This document shows positions 48,279 through 57,772 of a DNA stretch of 59,737 nucleotides, piece by piece. Location: positions 1 through 59,737 of IMG/VR virus record IMGVR_UViG_3300034147_000035. One strand, 5' to 3'. The notes below the pieces were generated by a model, which was given only the letters and a program-made list of their open reading frames with translations, was not told the origin of the DNA and made no database searches. The position numbers and the translations under genes are program-made. Positions within the stretch are counted from its first letter, which is position 1. Each line of letters begins with the position of its first letter. This stretch comes from a virus (lineage: Duplodnaviria > Caudoviricetes).

Positions 48279-48363
48279 GTTATTTTGAATTAGCGTTTTG
48301 AGAAATTACCTGCTAGGGTTATAAGACTGGGGTTCCTCAGTAAAACCATAGAAAGGGTAAGTC

Positions 48364-48525
48364 ATGCAAGAAGAAAATGAGGTCGTTGACGCTCCGGTTG
48401 AACCCGTAGCCGAAGAGCCGCAGCCCGAGGAGCAGCCCGCTGAAGAGCAGCCGCCCGAGGATGAGCCTCCGGTGGAGCCGAACAACGAAGTCGCTGAAGA
48501 GCCCAACGAAGATCCGGAAGAATAA
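48364..48525 (+). CDS. 53-aa hyperacidic Glu/Pro peptide
   Basis: AAAGGG RBS; 22 of 53 residues D/E, no K/R/H; below ORF-track cutoff. Confidence 0.65.
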   Translation: MQEENEVVDAPVEPVAEEPQPEEQPAEEQPPEDEPPVEPNNEVAEEPNEDPEE

Positions 48526-48549
48526 ACTTTAACTGGGAGAGATTGTTCC

Positions 48550-49362
48550 ATGCAAATATTCATTCCTACTCGTGACAGGGTAAATGCTCAATTTACATGG
48601 GACAATCTCACTCCTAGGCTGCAAGCGGCTACCCGCTTAGTGGTACCGGCGGATGAGGTCTCGAGCCATCTCGAGCGTTCTCGAAACGTGGTAGCCCGCC
48701 CCGCTGGCCCCCTTAGCGGGGTACGCCAATGGATAGTCGATGAGCTTGCTACGCCGGGTCAGCCCGTGATTATGCTTGACGATGATCTAGCATTCTTTGT
48801 TAGGAAAGACCCTCGAGCCCATAATCTCCGTCCGGCGGGAGCCGACGTTGAACGAATTATGGACTGGCTAGATGAGATGGTTCAGCCGAATTTCTCCAAC
48901 ATGAGTTATGTCCACGCTGGACTCTCACCACGACAAGGAAATAACTGGTGCTACCCCGACAAGCATCAGACTATCCAGCGAATGAACGCTGTTCATTGCG
49001 TGAACCCTGAAGCACTCCGTCACTATGGTATTCGCTATGATGCCGTTGACATGATGGAAGACTACCACGTTGTCCTCAGTCTCTTTGAAGTTGGGGAGAA
49101 GAACATTGTTCTTACGGACGCGGCTTGGGATCAGTGTAAGGGGAGTGGCGCTCCCGGAGGTTTTACTCATTACCGTACAAAAGAGACTCAGGCCGCCGCG
49201 TCGCATCGCCTCGCGGAACTACATCCTCTTTCGGTTAAGGTTGTTGAGAAGGAGCCAAAGACGGGAAGTGGTGGGTTCGCTGGTAAAAGAACTGATGTCC
49301 GTGTCCAGTGGAAGCAAGCCTACCAGAGAGGCACGCGGAATCCCACCTACAATATGAGGTGA
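48550..49362 (+). CDS. GT-A fold DNA glycosyltransferase (TAGT/GREB1/JGT-like)
   Basis: IFIPTR.R, RQWI, MLDDDL (DxD), EDYH and GG...R motifs. Confidence 0.7.
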   Translation: MQIFIPTRDRVNAQFTWDNLTPRLQAATRLVVPADEVSSHLERSRNVVARPAGPLSGVRQWIVDELATPGQPVIMLDDDLAFFVRKDPRAHNLRPAGADVERIMDWLDEMVQPNFSNMSYVHAGLSPRQGNNWCYPDKHQTIQRMNAVHCVNPEALRHYGIRYDAVDMMEDYHVVLSLFEVGEKNIVLTDAAWDQCKGSGAPGGFTHYRTKETQAAASHRLAELHPLSVKVVEKEPKTGSGGFAGKRTDVRVQWKQAYQRGTRNPTYNMR

Positions 49363-49365
49363 TTC

Positions 49366-50439
49366 ATGTACGAATTCGACATTGATTGCCCGAATGAGGG
49401 ACTCGGCCGTGTGATGCGAGTGCTGAGAGAAAATGGCATCACGACTACCAGTAGGAACGGCCCGGTCATTCGCTTCCCTGAGCCAGTAGCTCTTCAATAC
49501 TCAAACCCTCGGCGCCGAATCCTGGACAATCCTATTCGGGACGCTAATCCTTTCTTTCATATGTTTGAGACTCTGTGGATGCTGGCAGGTTTGAATACTG
49601 TCGCACCACTAGAGCTCTATAATTCTGGGATGAAGCAGTACTCCGATGATGGAGTGACATTCGCAGCACCTTACGGATATCGTTGGCGAAAGCGATGGGG
49701 CGACCAGATTCTCAAGGTTGTAGAGAAACTGAAGAAGAATCCTGAAGATCGTCGCATTGTCTTACAGATGTGGGATCCCAAGGAATTATTCAAGGATGAA
49801 GGTCTAGATTTCGCTTGTAATCAACAGGTCTTGTTTGATACACGACCTACGACGATTCATCCCAGTGGCTACTACCTTGACATGACAGTCACCAACCGTA
49901 GCAATGATCTTATCTATGGTGCGATGGGTAGCAATCTCTACCATTTCTCTTTCCTGCATGAATTTATCGCGCTTCATACAGGGCTAGGACTTGGGACCTA
50001 CTATCAGATCTCCAAGAATATGCACTTGTATCTTGAGAATCCCGCTTCCAAGCACTGCTGGGAACATATGCTGGAGATTGAAAAGGGGCCGAAATCTCCA
50101 GAGGAAGATCTTAGTCTGAGCGAGTTCGGAATCCCTCTTGAAATAGAACCGTATAGGAATTTCGTCAACTACAACAAGATCACAGATGATGTCCTTGCTG
50201 ACCCAAGTTGGCTGACTACGGTTGCGAAACCGATATGTGAAGCGTATCGAGTCTATAAGTATAAGATGCTTACTGGTCTTGATATTGAGTTTGAGCTGAG
50301 GATTGAGTTTGCTTTAGCGGCTCTAGAACATTGCAGATCTGATGCTCTAGGACTAAATTGCGAAGCATGGTTTCAGCGAAGACTTGAGAATTATAGCCGG
50401 AATAAGATTACCATAGTAGAAGCGGAGAGACCAGATTGA
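49366..50439 (+). CDS. Thymidylate-synthase-family protein, probable dUMP hydroxymethylase
   Basis: SRNG, NPFFH..E, YGYRWR, RRIVLQMWD, catalytic Cys (FACN), RSNDLIYGAMGSN (dUMP-type Asn) and H.Y motifs. Confidence 0.85.
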   Translation: MYEFDIDCPNEGLGRVMRVLRENGITTTSRNGPVIRFPEPVALQYSNPRRRILDNPIRDANPFFHMFETLWMLAGLNTVAPLELYNSGMKQYSDDGVTFAAPYGYRWRKRWGDQILKVVEKLKKNPEDRRIVLQMWDPKELFKDEGLDFACNQQVLFDTRPTTIHPSGYYLDMTVTNRSNDLIYGAMGSNLYHFSFLHEFIALHTGLGLGTYYQISKNMHLYLENPASKHCWEHMLEIEKGPKSPEEDLSLSEFGIPLEIEPYRNFVNYNKITDDVLADPSWLTTVAKPICEAYRVYKYKMLTGLDIEFELRIEFALAALEHCRSDALGLNCEAWFQRRLENYSRNKITIVEAERPD

Positions 50440-51002
50440 GCTACATTGAAGCATGGCGAAATGGACAGGTTGTTCGCAAGCACACGATGGAGAACATCCG
50501 TGCGGAGAATGATGCTGAGCATACATGGGGTCTGACCATGCTCCTCATCTGTGCTTGGCCTAATGTCCCAGAGCATATTATCAAGATGGCTATTATCCAC
50601 GACTGTGGAGAGCGAGCCACTGGTGATATGCCGGGGCCGACTAAGTGGGCCAATCCCGTCCTTGGGGATGAGATGGATAGGCTTGAGAAGCAGCATATCA
50701 TGGACACGCTGCCTGAGCATTTATGCGATGACTATAAGACGACCACTGAAAGTGAATGGGCAGTCATTGAATTCTTTGATCGCGCTGAATTCTGTATCAG
50801 CATGGCGCGTGAACGACGCCTCGGAAACACCTATGCCATGATCTACATGGAACGCTCATACAATAAAATGACGCAGACGTTTGATAATCATAAGGTTGCC
50901 TTTACGAAAATGGACACTGAGCTGCTCATGGGTATGATGGATCTTCGTGCAGAGATTCGTACCGAGATGGATAAGCTCGAGCGGGGAGATTTCAAGTGGT
51001 GA
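50436..51002 (+). CDS. HD-domain nucleotide phosphohydrolase
   Basis: AEH.W, HD..E...GD.P.P.K and D motifs (YfbR-like). Confidence 0.85.
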   Translation: MSYIEAWRNGQVVRKHTMENIRAENDAEHTWGLTMLLICAWPNVPEHIIKMAIIHDCGERATGDMPGPTKWANPVLGDEMDRLEKQHIMDTLPEHLCDDYKTTTESEWAVIEFFDRAEFCISMARERRLGNTYAMIYMERSYNKMTQTFDNHKVAFTKMDTELLMGMMDLRAEIRTEMDKLERGDFKW

Positions 51003-51397
51003 AAGCTAATGACATCCAGCACGGTGGAACTCACTATAAGAAAGCGAAGTATCAGCACTGGGACTTGATTGCCGAAAACCGTATCGGCTATCTTGAGGGC
51101 TGTGGTTCTAAGTATGTTTCTCGCTGGCGGGATAAGAACGGTGTGGAGGATCTTCAGAAGGGGATGCACTACACTGACAAGTTGATTGAGTGCTACTATC
51201 AATATGACTATCGCGCAACTGGTCATACCCCACAGTCCTGTCTTAATCTCTTCTTTGAAGAAAACCAGATCACAAACGTCAATGAGATAGAGGCTATCAC
51301 TATCCTTTGCACTTGGCGAACTGTAGCTGAACTGGAGCAAGCTAAGCATCATATTAAGCTGCTCATTCTGGCAGCAGGAAGTCTCACTGTAGGGTAA
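50996..51397 (+). CDS. DUF3310 protein (T7 gp1.7-like nucleotide kinase)
   Basis: GG.HY, KY..RW..KNG.EDL.K..HY motifs. Confidence 0.85.
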   Translation: MVKANDIQHGGTHYKKAKYQHWDLIAENRIGYLEGCGSKYVSRWRDKNGVEDLQKGMHYTDKLIECYYQYDYRATGHTPQSCLNLFFEENQITNVNEIEAITILCTWRTVAELEQAKHHIKLLILAAGSLTVG

Positions 51398-51402
51398 AGC
51401 CC

Positions 51403-53490
51403 TTGTCCAATGAGAACCAGCTTGTTATACAGGCGTTACTGGACAGCCCCGTTAAACCTCGGGGTAGTCGCAGCAAGCGAAAGAATACTACCATGCTGGA
51501 TATGTTCTCGGACTTACCCGAGTTACATGGACCTATTACTCTAGATACTGAAAATCACGATCCGCTTCTTAAGACTCGCGGTTCAGGATGGGCCTACGGT
51601 CGCGACGGGCAGAACGGTGGTAAGATCATAGGCATTGCGGTAAACGCCGACAACTTCCACGAATATCTACCAATCAGTCATACCGAAGGAAACCTTGATC
51701 CTGCAAAGGTGAAAGGATGGCTCAAGCAGCAGCTCACTAAAGATGAGCTCCAGCCCAAGATCTTCTTCCACGCACAGTATGACGTTGGCTGGCTCCAGGT
51801 GGAGGGTATCCCAATCCGTGGACCAATCCATGACGTCTCATTCCAAGCACCACTCCTTGACGAGCATCGTCCAAACTACATGCTGGATCGCTTAGGCAAA
51901 GACTACTTAGGCCGAGGCAAGGACGAAAAGTTACTGGCGAAAGCTGCCGCAGACCTAGGCATCAAGAATACGAAGAGCGATAACATTAAGATGCATCTCA
52001 TGCGGGTGCATCCAGACATCGTTGGAGTCTATGCCCGGGAGGACGTGGCGCTTACCAGAGAGCTCTGGGATCTATACAATCCCATGATTGAGGAAGAGAA
52101 CCTAGGCGAAGTCTACCAACTTGAGTGTGATCTTATTCCCATGTTGATAGACATGCGGCTCAGAGGAGTAAGGGTCGATGTTGCCCAATGCGAAAAAGAA
52201 CAGGCGGGTCTAGTTCTAGAAGAGAGCAAGGCCCGCTTATTCATTAAGGATAAGACAGGTATCACTGTTGGTAGCTGGGACAATGCTGCCGAGCTTTCCA
52301 AGGTCTTTGACAAGCTAGGAATTAAGTATGGACTCACGGAGAAAACAGAACAACCGTCCATCACTGCTGATTGGCTTCGTGGTCTTGGGCATCCTGTCGC
52401 TGATGCTATTCTTCGTGGACGTAAAACAAATAATATTCGCAGTACATTCCTTGAGAACGCCCTCCTTAATCTCCAAGAGAACGGTCGTATCTATCCGAAC
52501 TTCAACCCTCTCAAGCGTGACGATGAAGGCGGCGCAGGCGGCGTCCTAGGAAAGGAACTCAAGGCTGGTGTTCGTGGTGCGTTGTCTGGCAGGTTTAGTT
52601 CCAGCCAGCCGAACTTTCAGCAGATGCCTTCACCGGAGAAGGATCCCGAACTAGGTTACATGGTTCGCCAGTTGATTCTACCTGAAGAGGGTGAAGCCTT
52701 TCATGTGATGGACTATTCGTCCCAGGAACCTCGCCTGACAGTTCATTTCGCAGAGGTCACAGGCTGCTGGAAAGCTGCCCAGATGGCTGAACGGTTCAGG
52801 GAAGATCCTAACACCGACTTACATGACGAAACTCGCAAGATGGTGGCGCAGAAACTAGAAGAGTGGAAAGATCCTAAGAAGCGTAAGTCAGCGAAGACTA
52901 TTAACCTCGGCGTTGCTTACGGGATGGGAGGCGGTAAGCTAGCCCTATCCTTAGGACTTCCATACACCCAAGCATCCTTCAAGAAGATTGTGAACGGTGA
53001 GGACTTTGAGTTTAAGTATCTCAAAGCAGGGCCAGAAGCCCAAGAGCTTATGGACATTTTTGATGAAGCTGCACCGTTCATCCGCCAGCTTGCGAAGAAG
53101 GCCCAGAATGCTGTAAAGCAGAAGGGTCATATTAGGACACCAATGGGTAGGCGATTCAGATTCCACAAGGAAGAAGATGGGCGGGGCTGGAAATTCCTGA
53201 ACAAATCATTGAACCGTCTTATCCAAGGTAGCGCCGCTGATATGACCAAGCTAGCTATGCGCGATATGTATAGGGCTGGAATTCTACCACACGGAACAGT
53301 TCACGATGAGATTGATATCAGTGCAGGTGACCCGAAGATTGTAGCTGAAGTGAAGCACATCATGGAACATGCGATGGAACTCACTATTCCTGTTGTAGTT
53401 GATGTGGGCAGCGGACATAATTGGGGACAGGCTTCCATGGAGAAGCTAGGCGCAGAAAATTACCAGAAATTCTTGGAAGGGAAGTTGTGA
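51403..53490 (+). CDS. Family A DNA polymerase with 3'-5' exonuclease
   Basis: LDTE, HAQYD, YA.ED; motif A DYSSQEPR, motif B KTINLG..YG, motif C VHDE. Confidence 0.95.
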   Translation: MSNENQLVIQALLDSPVKPRGSRSKRKNTTMLDMFSDLPELHGPITLDTENHDPLLKTRGSGWAYGRDGQNGGKIIGIAVNADNFHEYLPISHTEGNLDPAKVKGWLKQQLTKDELQPKIFFHAQYDVGWLQVEGIPIRGPIHDVSFQAPLLDEHRPNYMLDRLGKDYLGRGKDEKLLAKAAADLGIKNTKSDNIKMHLMRVHPDIVGVYAREDVALTRELWDLYNPMIEEENLGEVYQLECDLIPMLIDMRLRGVRVDVAQCEKEQAGLVLEESKARLFIKDKTGITVGSWDNAAELSKVFDKLGIKYGLTEKTEQPSITADWLRGLGHPVADAILRGRKTNNIRSTFLENALLNLQENGRIYPNFNPLKRDDEGGAGGVLGKELKAGVRGALSGRFSSSQPNFQQMPSPEKDPELGYMVRQLILPEEGEAFHVMDYSSQEPRLTVHFAEVTGCWKAAQMAERFREDPNTDLHDETRKMVAQKLEEWKDPKKRKSAKTINLGVAYGMGGGKLALSLGLPYTQASFKKIVNGEDFEFKYLKAGPEAQELMDIFDEAAPFIRQLAKKAQNAVKQKGHIRTPMGRRFRFHKEEDGRGWKFLNKSLNRLIQGSAADMTKLAMRDMYRAGILPHGTVHDEIDISAGDPKIVAEVKHIMEHAMELTIPVVVDVGSGHNWGQASMEKLGAENYQKFLEGKL

Positions 53491-54035
53491 TGCCAGAAGA
53501 ACCTGAGAAGCCGACCGATTTCATCAACGACCCAGATCTGAGTGTTACGGGTACTTTCACTTATGAAGATACTACACTTAGGATGCCTTCCCCTGAAGAG
53601 ATGATGCCTTGTGCTAACTTAAAGATTAAGCTTCTGCATCCAGCAGCGATCGTCCCCAAGCAAGGTTCACCTCACTCGGCTGGTTATGATCTCTTCTGCG
53701 TTGAGGATTTTGTAATCGGTCGCCAACAGACCTTACTGATTCCTCTTGGTTTCGCTACTGAGATGCCCATACAGATTCATGGGCGTATTGAGTCTCGATC
53801 AGGCTTTGCAACTAATGGTCTTGTCGTTCTTACCGGGGTGATTGATCCTGACTATCGTGGTGAGTGGAAGGTTATTCTACGCAATGTCTCTCCTTATGCA
53901 GAGCAGCGTATTCTCAAGGGAACCAAGATCGCACAGGTAGTCTTTCGGCCGACCTATAGGGCTAGCTGGACAGAATCTGCCGAGCTTGAAGATAGTGATC
54001 GTGGCACTGGTGGATTCGGGAGTACAGGACAATGA
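53490..54035 (+). CDS. dut: Trimeric dUTPase
   Basis: AGYDL, RSG, GVIDPDYRGE, IAQ and RGTGGFGSTG motifs. Confidence 0.95.
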   Translation: MPEEPEKPTDFINDPDLSVTGTFTYEDTTLRMPSPEEMMPCANLKIKLLHPAAIVPKQGSPHSAGYDLFCVEDFVIGRQQTLLIPLGFATEMPIQIHGRIESRSGFATNGLVVLTGVIDPDYRGEWKVILRNVSPYAEQRILKGTKIAQVVFRPTYRASWTESAELEDSDRGTGGFGSTGQ

Positions 54036-54895
54036 GCCGCCCAGCAATGATCGTAGATGGCATGTCTGTCTTCCATACTGTCGCAGGGCCAGCCGCGATG
54101 CTGACCAATGGTTACACCTACAGCTTCGTGGTTCAGCTCACGTCTGCTGTCAAGAAGTTCAAGCCGAAAGGTATCTTTGTCTGCTGGGACATGGGCTATG
54201 ACAAGCGCCTAGCGATTCATCCCGGTTACAAAGCTGATCGCCCTCACAAGATGAATGATACTCTACGCAAGTATCATGCTGATGTCTGTACGTTCCTCCA
54301 CTTCGCTGGTATTGACCAACTCAAGGCTCCGGGCTATGAAGCTGATGACATCGGGGCTATGCTCGCTAACACGCTGGAGTCTGCCGTCTTAGTCAGCAAT
54401 GACAAAGACTGGATTCAACTTGTGCGTCCAGGAATCTCACTGTACCAGAAGGTTCGGCTTGAGGGTCGGAAGGCTGAGAAGAAAGAGATCAAGGCTGAAA
54501 ACTTTGCTGAACTCACCGGATATGGCAATCCTGAAGAGTTTGTCAAAGCTCTCTGCGCGATGGGCGATGGGGTAGATCGGATTGATGGTATTGACGGCAT
54601 CGGTCCAGGGACACTGAAGGCTTATCTCATGGGAGTACGAATCAGTCCGAATAAGCAGAAAATCTTAGACGATTTCTTTGCAGGTGACCCACTCTATCTT
54701 CGCAATCGCCAGCTTATAGATCTTCGTGACATAAGATCTATTGACGGGTTGGACATTCACTTCGGCAACTTTGACGAGTGGAGGGTAAAGAGTTTGCTAG
54801 AAGAGTTTGGCTTTGCTAGTATGCTTAAGAATTTCCCGTTGTGGGTTTCACCATACAAGGAGGCTTCCCCCGATGTCGAGGCAGACCCGGCATAA
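54032..54895 (+). CDS. 5'-3' exonuclease / flap endonuclease
   Basis: IVDG, YKADR, EADD, SNDKD and GD..D.I.GI.GIG motifs. Confidence 0.92.
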   Translation: MSRPAMIVDGMSVFHTVAGPAAMLTNGYTYSFVVQLTSAVKKFKPKGIFVCWDMGYDKRLAIHPGYKADRPHKMNDTLRKYHADVCTFLHFAGIDQLKAPGYEADDIGAMLANTLESAVLVSNDKDWIQLVRPGISLYQKVRLEGRKAEKKEIKAENFAELTGYGNPEEFVKALCAMGDGVDRIDGIDGIGPGTLKAYLMGVRISPNKQKILDDFFAGDPLYLRNRQLIDLRDIRSIDGLDIHFGNFDEWRVKSLLEEFGFASMLKNFPLWVSPYKEASPDVEADPA

Positions 54896-55127
54896 AATTA
54901 TCAGGGCAGTAGTTGAATGTAGCGTCCCTCAACACGTTACTGAAAAAGATTTGGTGTGGCATTTGAAGGGTGTTCTCAAGTGGCCGCTTCAGCTAGGGGT
55001 TAAGGGAGATCATACTACGCTAGTGAAGCCGCAACTAAAAGAGTTCGGCCGTGTTGTCACAGCACAACGTAGGCAGGAAGAAAACTTCTGGTCGCGTAGA
55101 AGAATGGGGATGGACCTTGACGATTGA
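54873..55127 (+). CDS. Hypothetical protein (84 aa)
   Basis: AAGGAGG RBS. Confidence 0.7.
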   Translation: MSRQTRHKIIRAVVECSVPQHVTEKDLVWHLKGVLKWPLQLGVKGDHTTLVKPQLKEFGRVVTAQRRQEENFWSRRRMGMDLDD

Positions 55128-56529
55128 ACTCACTTATGAAGACCTGAATGACCAACAGAAAGCTGCGGTGGATGACATCGTACGTTGGTTCTTATCAGGC
55201 GACCACTCCAAGCCGTACATCCTTCAGGGCTATGCCGGAACAGGTAAGACTACCCTCATTCGCATTCTACTTAACCGACTTCGCGTGGCTCTCTCGCGCG
55301 TAGCATTAGCAGCCCCTACTAATCGTGCTGCTAAGGTTCTCGCAAACAAGACGGGTCTGTTCACGCAAACAGTTCACAAGTTAATCTACCTCACACTGTC
55401 GGAAGAAATCAATTTCCAGCGTGAACGACTTCGCATGTGGGATGAGGCTGTCAGTTTTAACGAGCTCAGTGAGGCTCTTATCACTCAGTCAGGGCAGGAT
55501 CTCCAAATGGAGTACCGTGCTCTACTAGCAGAAGATGGTCTCGCTTTTGACGAAGCCGAATTCAAGGAATTCTGTGCTCAACGTGGTGAGACTATCCTCA
55601 AGTTTGAAGGTTTGGAATTGCCTACCGATCCCAATGCTAGGCAGGAGATCTTCGTCACCATCCGCAAGGAAAAGATCGCACTGCACAAGCAAGCTATCAT
55701 TGATCTTATGTCTGAGGATCTTCCAGTGCGTAAGAAAGAGCCGCTGGAAGTCATCGCCAAGTACAGCCTCTTTATGATAGACGAGTCTTCCATGGTCAAT
55801 GAGACTCATGGTAAGGACATTATCTCCTTCGGTATCCCGACGATTCTAGTTGGGGACCCATTTCAGCTACCACCCGTCAAGGCGAAGCCCTATTGGCATA
55901 ACCTGTCGCCTCAATCGGTGCTGACCAAGATTGAACGCCAGAAAGGTATTGGTGCCGGAATTCCTCTTGCAGGTGAAAGGCTACGCAATGGAGAAGAAAT
56001 TTCCGCAAATGAAAGCGTCAGCATTCACCACCGCAATTCACTCCCTGACGCAGCTTGGACAAGCACAGATCAAATTATCTGTGGAACTCACAAAACTCGC
56101 GAGCGCCTTTGCCGCTTTGTCCGAGCGAAAATGGGACATACCACCGCCCACCCTCAGCCGGGTGAAAAAGTCGTTTCTGTCTATAACGACAAGAAGCGAG
56201 GAATAATGAATGGTGAGATCTATACTGTTCGTAGTAGTGAGGTGATTCGTAATGGTACTGTTGCACGACTCTCCATCATTGATCCGTACGGTCGGGTTAT
56301 TGAGCCGGTTGATGTATGGATCAAAGGCCTCGGGGGTAGAAGTTTCACCGATTTCCTCGACGATCAATTCGGAAAATTCTGGTGGGGATACGCCATTACC
56401 TGTCATCAATCCCAGGGATCCGAATGGCCCCGAACAATCGTGTGCGACGACTGGCCGGGAGACGGACACGACCGATGGCTCTATACAGGATTGACCCGCG
56501 CCCAACAGCACTGTGATCTTGTCAGATGA
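55117..56529 (+). CDS. RecD/Dda-like SF1B helicase
   Basis: GYAGTGKTT, APTNRAA, DESSM, GDPFQLPPV, T.H.SQGSEW and YTGLTRA motifs. Confidence 0.92.
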   Translation: MTIELTYEDLNDQQKAAVDDIVRWFLSGDHSKPYILQGYAGTGKTTLIRILLNRLRVALSRVALAAPTNRAAKVLANKTGLFTQTVHKLIYLTLSEEINFQRERLRMWDEAVSFNELSEALITQSGQDLQMEYRALLAEDGLAFDEAEFKEFCAQRGETILKFEGLELPTDPNARQEIFVTIRKEKIALHKQAIIDLMSEDLPVRKKEPLEVIAKYSLFMIDESSMVNETHGKDIISFGIPTILVGDPFQLPPVKAKPYWHNLSPQSVLTKIERQKGIGAGIPLAGERLRNGEEISANESVSIHHRNSLPDAAWTSTDQIICGTHKTRERLCRFVRAKMGHTTAHPQPGEKVVSVYNDKKRGIMNGEIYTVRSSEVIRNGTVARLSIIDPYGRVIEPVDVWIKGLGGRSFTDFLDDQFGKFWWGYAITCHQSQGSEWPRTIVCDDWPGDGHDRWLYTGLTRAQQHCDLVR

Positions 56530-57095
56530 GTCCTCGTCCCCCATATCCTATTCAGCCATTTCCCAAGGTCAAGGACTATGTCGCTTACGCTGGCATCGGT
56601 TCAAAGGAGACTCCCGACAATATCTGTCACTTGATGCGGGGGATTGCTCGTATGCTGTACGACCGGGGCTATGTTCTCCGATCAGGTGGCGCACCGGGAG
56701 CTGACGAAGCATTCGAACAGGGGACTCCAGTGATGGCGACCATGGAGATCTTTCTCCCGTGGAATCGCTTCAACGGCAAGCCCGATCTTCTTCATCTCAC
56801 CCCGACGGAACTTGGCGTAGCCAGAAGCATCGCTGAGAAATATCATCCGAATTGGTTGGCTTGTTCCGAAGGTGCGAAAAAGCTGCACACTCGTAACACA
56901 ATGCAGATTCTAGGGCGTGATTGTGCAACCCCTTCTAAATTCGTAGTCTGCTGGACTAGCAATGGTAAAGCGATTGGTGGTACAGGTCAAGCTCTCCGCA
57001 TCGCTGAAGACAAGAAAATTAAGATCTACAACCTACATGATCCTGGAACACGAATACTATTCTACCAAGAGTTAGGCTGGGAACATGACTTATAA
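56526..57095 (+). CDS. SLOG/DprA-like nucleotide-binding protein
   Basis: YAGIGS..TP, LRSGGA.GAD.AFE, RN..QILG and GGTGQA.RIA motifs. Confidence 0.85.
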   Translation: MSPRPPYPIQPFPKVKDYVAYAGIGSKETPDNICHLMRGIARMLYDRGYVLRSGGAPGADEAFEQGTPVMATMEIFLPWNRFNGKPDLLHLTPTELGVARSIAEKYHPNWLACSEGAKKLHTRNTMQILGRDCATPSKFVVCWTSNGKAIGGTGQALRIAEDKKIKIYNLHDPGTRILFYQELGWEHDL

Positions 57096-57101
57096 TGGGG
57101 C

Positions 57102-57130
57102 TTGCATTATGAACAGTCCTGCGGTACAGT
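57102..57130 (+). promoter_or_regulatory. Sigma70-type promoter for leader, gene and tRNA unit
   Basis: TTGCAT-N17-TACAGT. Confidence 0.6.
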
Positions 57131-57153
57131 TGACGCTTAAGGATAAGACCCTT

Positions 57154-57235
57154 AAGGAGAAGGCCAATGACCTAGCAGATTCGCGCTCCGCCAGAGCTCC
57201 CAGACAAAAGCCAATTCTAGTCTGGGAGCAAACCA
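57154..57235 (+). promoter_or_regulatory. Amber-interrupted leader uORF (MT*QIRAPPELPDKSQF*) with SD-sequestering hairpin
   Basis: SD AAGGAG 57154-59, ATG 57167, TAG 57173 and 57218; 10-bp stem 57196-205/57220-229 hides GGGAG. Confidence 0.7.
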
Positions 57236-57763
57236 ATGACCGCTATTAATCGTCCTTATCTAACCAGTTTTAACTTTGAGTCCGTGCAGTACTCGGACAC
57301 TCAGCTGGAACAATTCCACAAACTTACTCGCAACTATATCGCCAGCCTTGATCTCGGCTGCCCGAGTGCGAAACACGTTGAAGTTGTTGGTCATACTGAG
57401 CATGACCAGCTCAAAGGAATGGATGGTCGCCAGAAATATCTCGCTTGGGTCAAGGGATGGAAAGAGATCTATCGCCACCTGAGCATGATCATCCGCCACC
57501 ATAAGAAATATCGTAAGACCACAACCTTCCCGCGCCTGAACGCGAGGCAGGAAGAGCTCTGGTTCAAGCTCAATCCTGGGAATAATCAAACCGCTTGTGA
57601 GCATCTAGGTGCTCTTTCCAAGAAGCATCTTGAGCGACTCCAGGAGACTGCTCAGGCTATGCTTAATGCTCGGTGGAATGCCAAACTCGCTGCTGCTGAA
57701 CGGCGACGTCGGGCTATTGGTCTTCGTATCGTACCGGCCGATCCAGTTCGTTTGGAGGCCTAA
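57236..57763 (+). CDS. Hypothetical basic helical protein (175 aa)
   Basis: GGGAG SD 7 nt upstream; YLAWVKGWKEIY..LS..IR segment and basic C-terminal helix. Confidence 0.8.
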   Translation: MTAINRPYLTSFNFESVQYSDTQLEQFHKLTRNYIASLDLGCPSAKHVEVVGHTEHDQLKGMDGRQKYLAWVKGWKEIYRHLSMIIRHHKKYRKTTTFPRLNARQEELWFKLNPGNNQTACEHLGALSKKHLERLQETAQAMLNARWNAKLAAAERRRRAIGLRIVPADPVRLEA

Positions 57764-57772
57764 CTCGTGGCT

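Noticed and set aside
49366-50439. dCMP hydroxymethylase or ordinary ThyA
   Set aside because: The specificity residue is Asn (dUMP type), and the motif and gene context favour dUMP hydroxymethylase; ThyA activity is not formally excluded
50436-51002. DatZ of a 2-aminoadenine (Z-genome) pathway
   Set aside because: No PurZ-like gene in the window; the context is thymidine modification
52891-52925. PolA motif B has Leu at the 762-equivalent position (KTINLG)
   Set aside because: A known common phage variant; not informative alone
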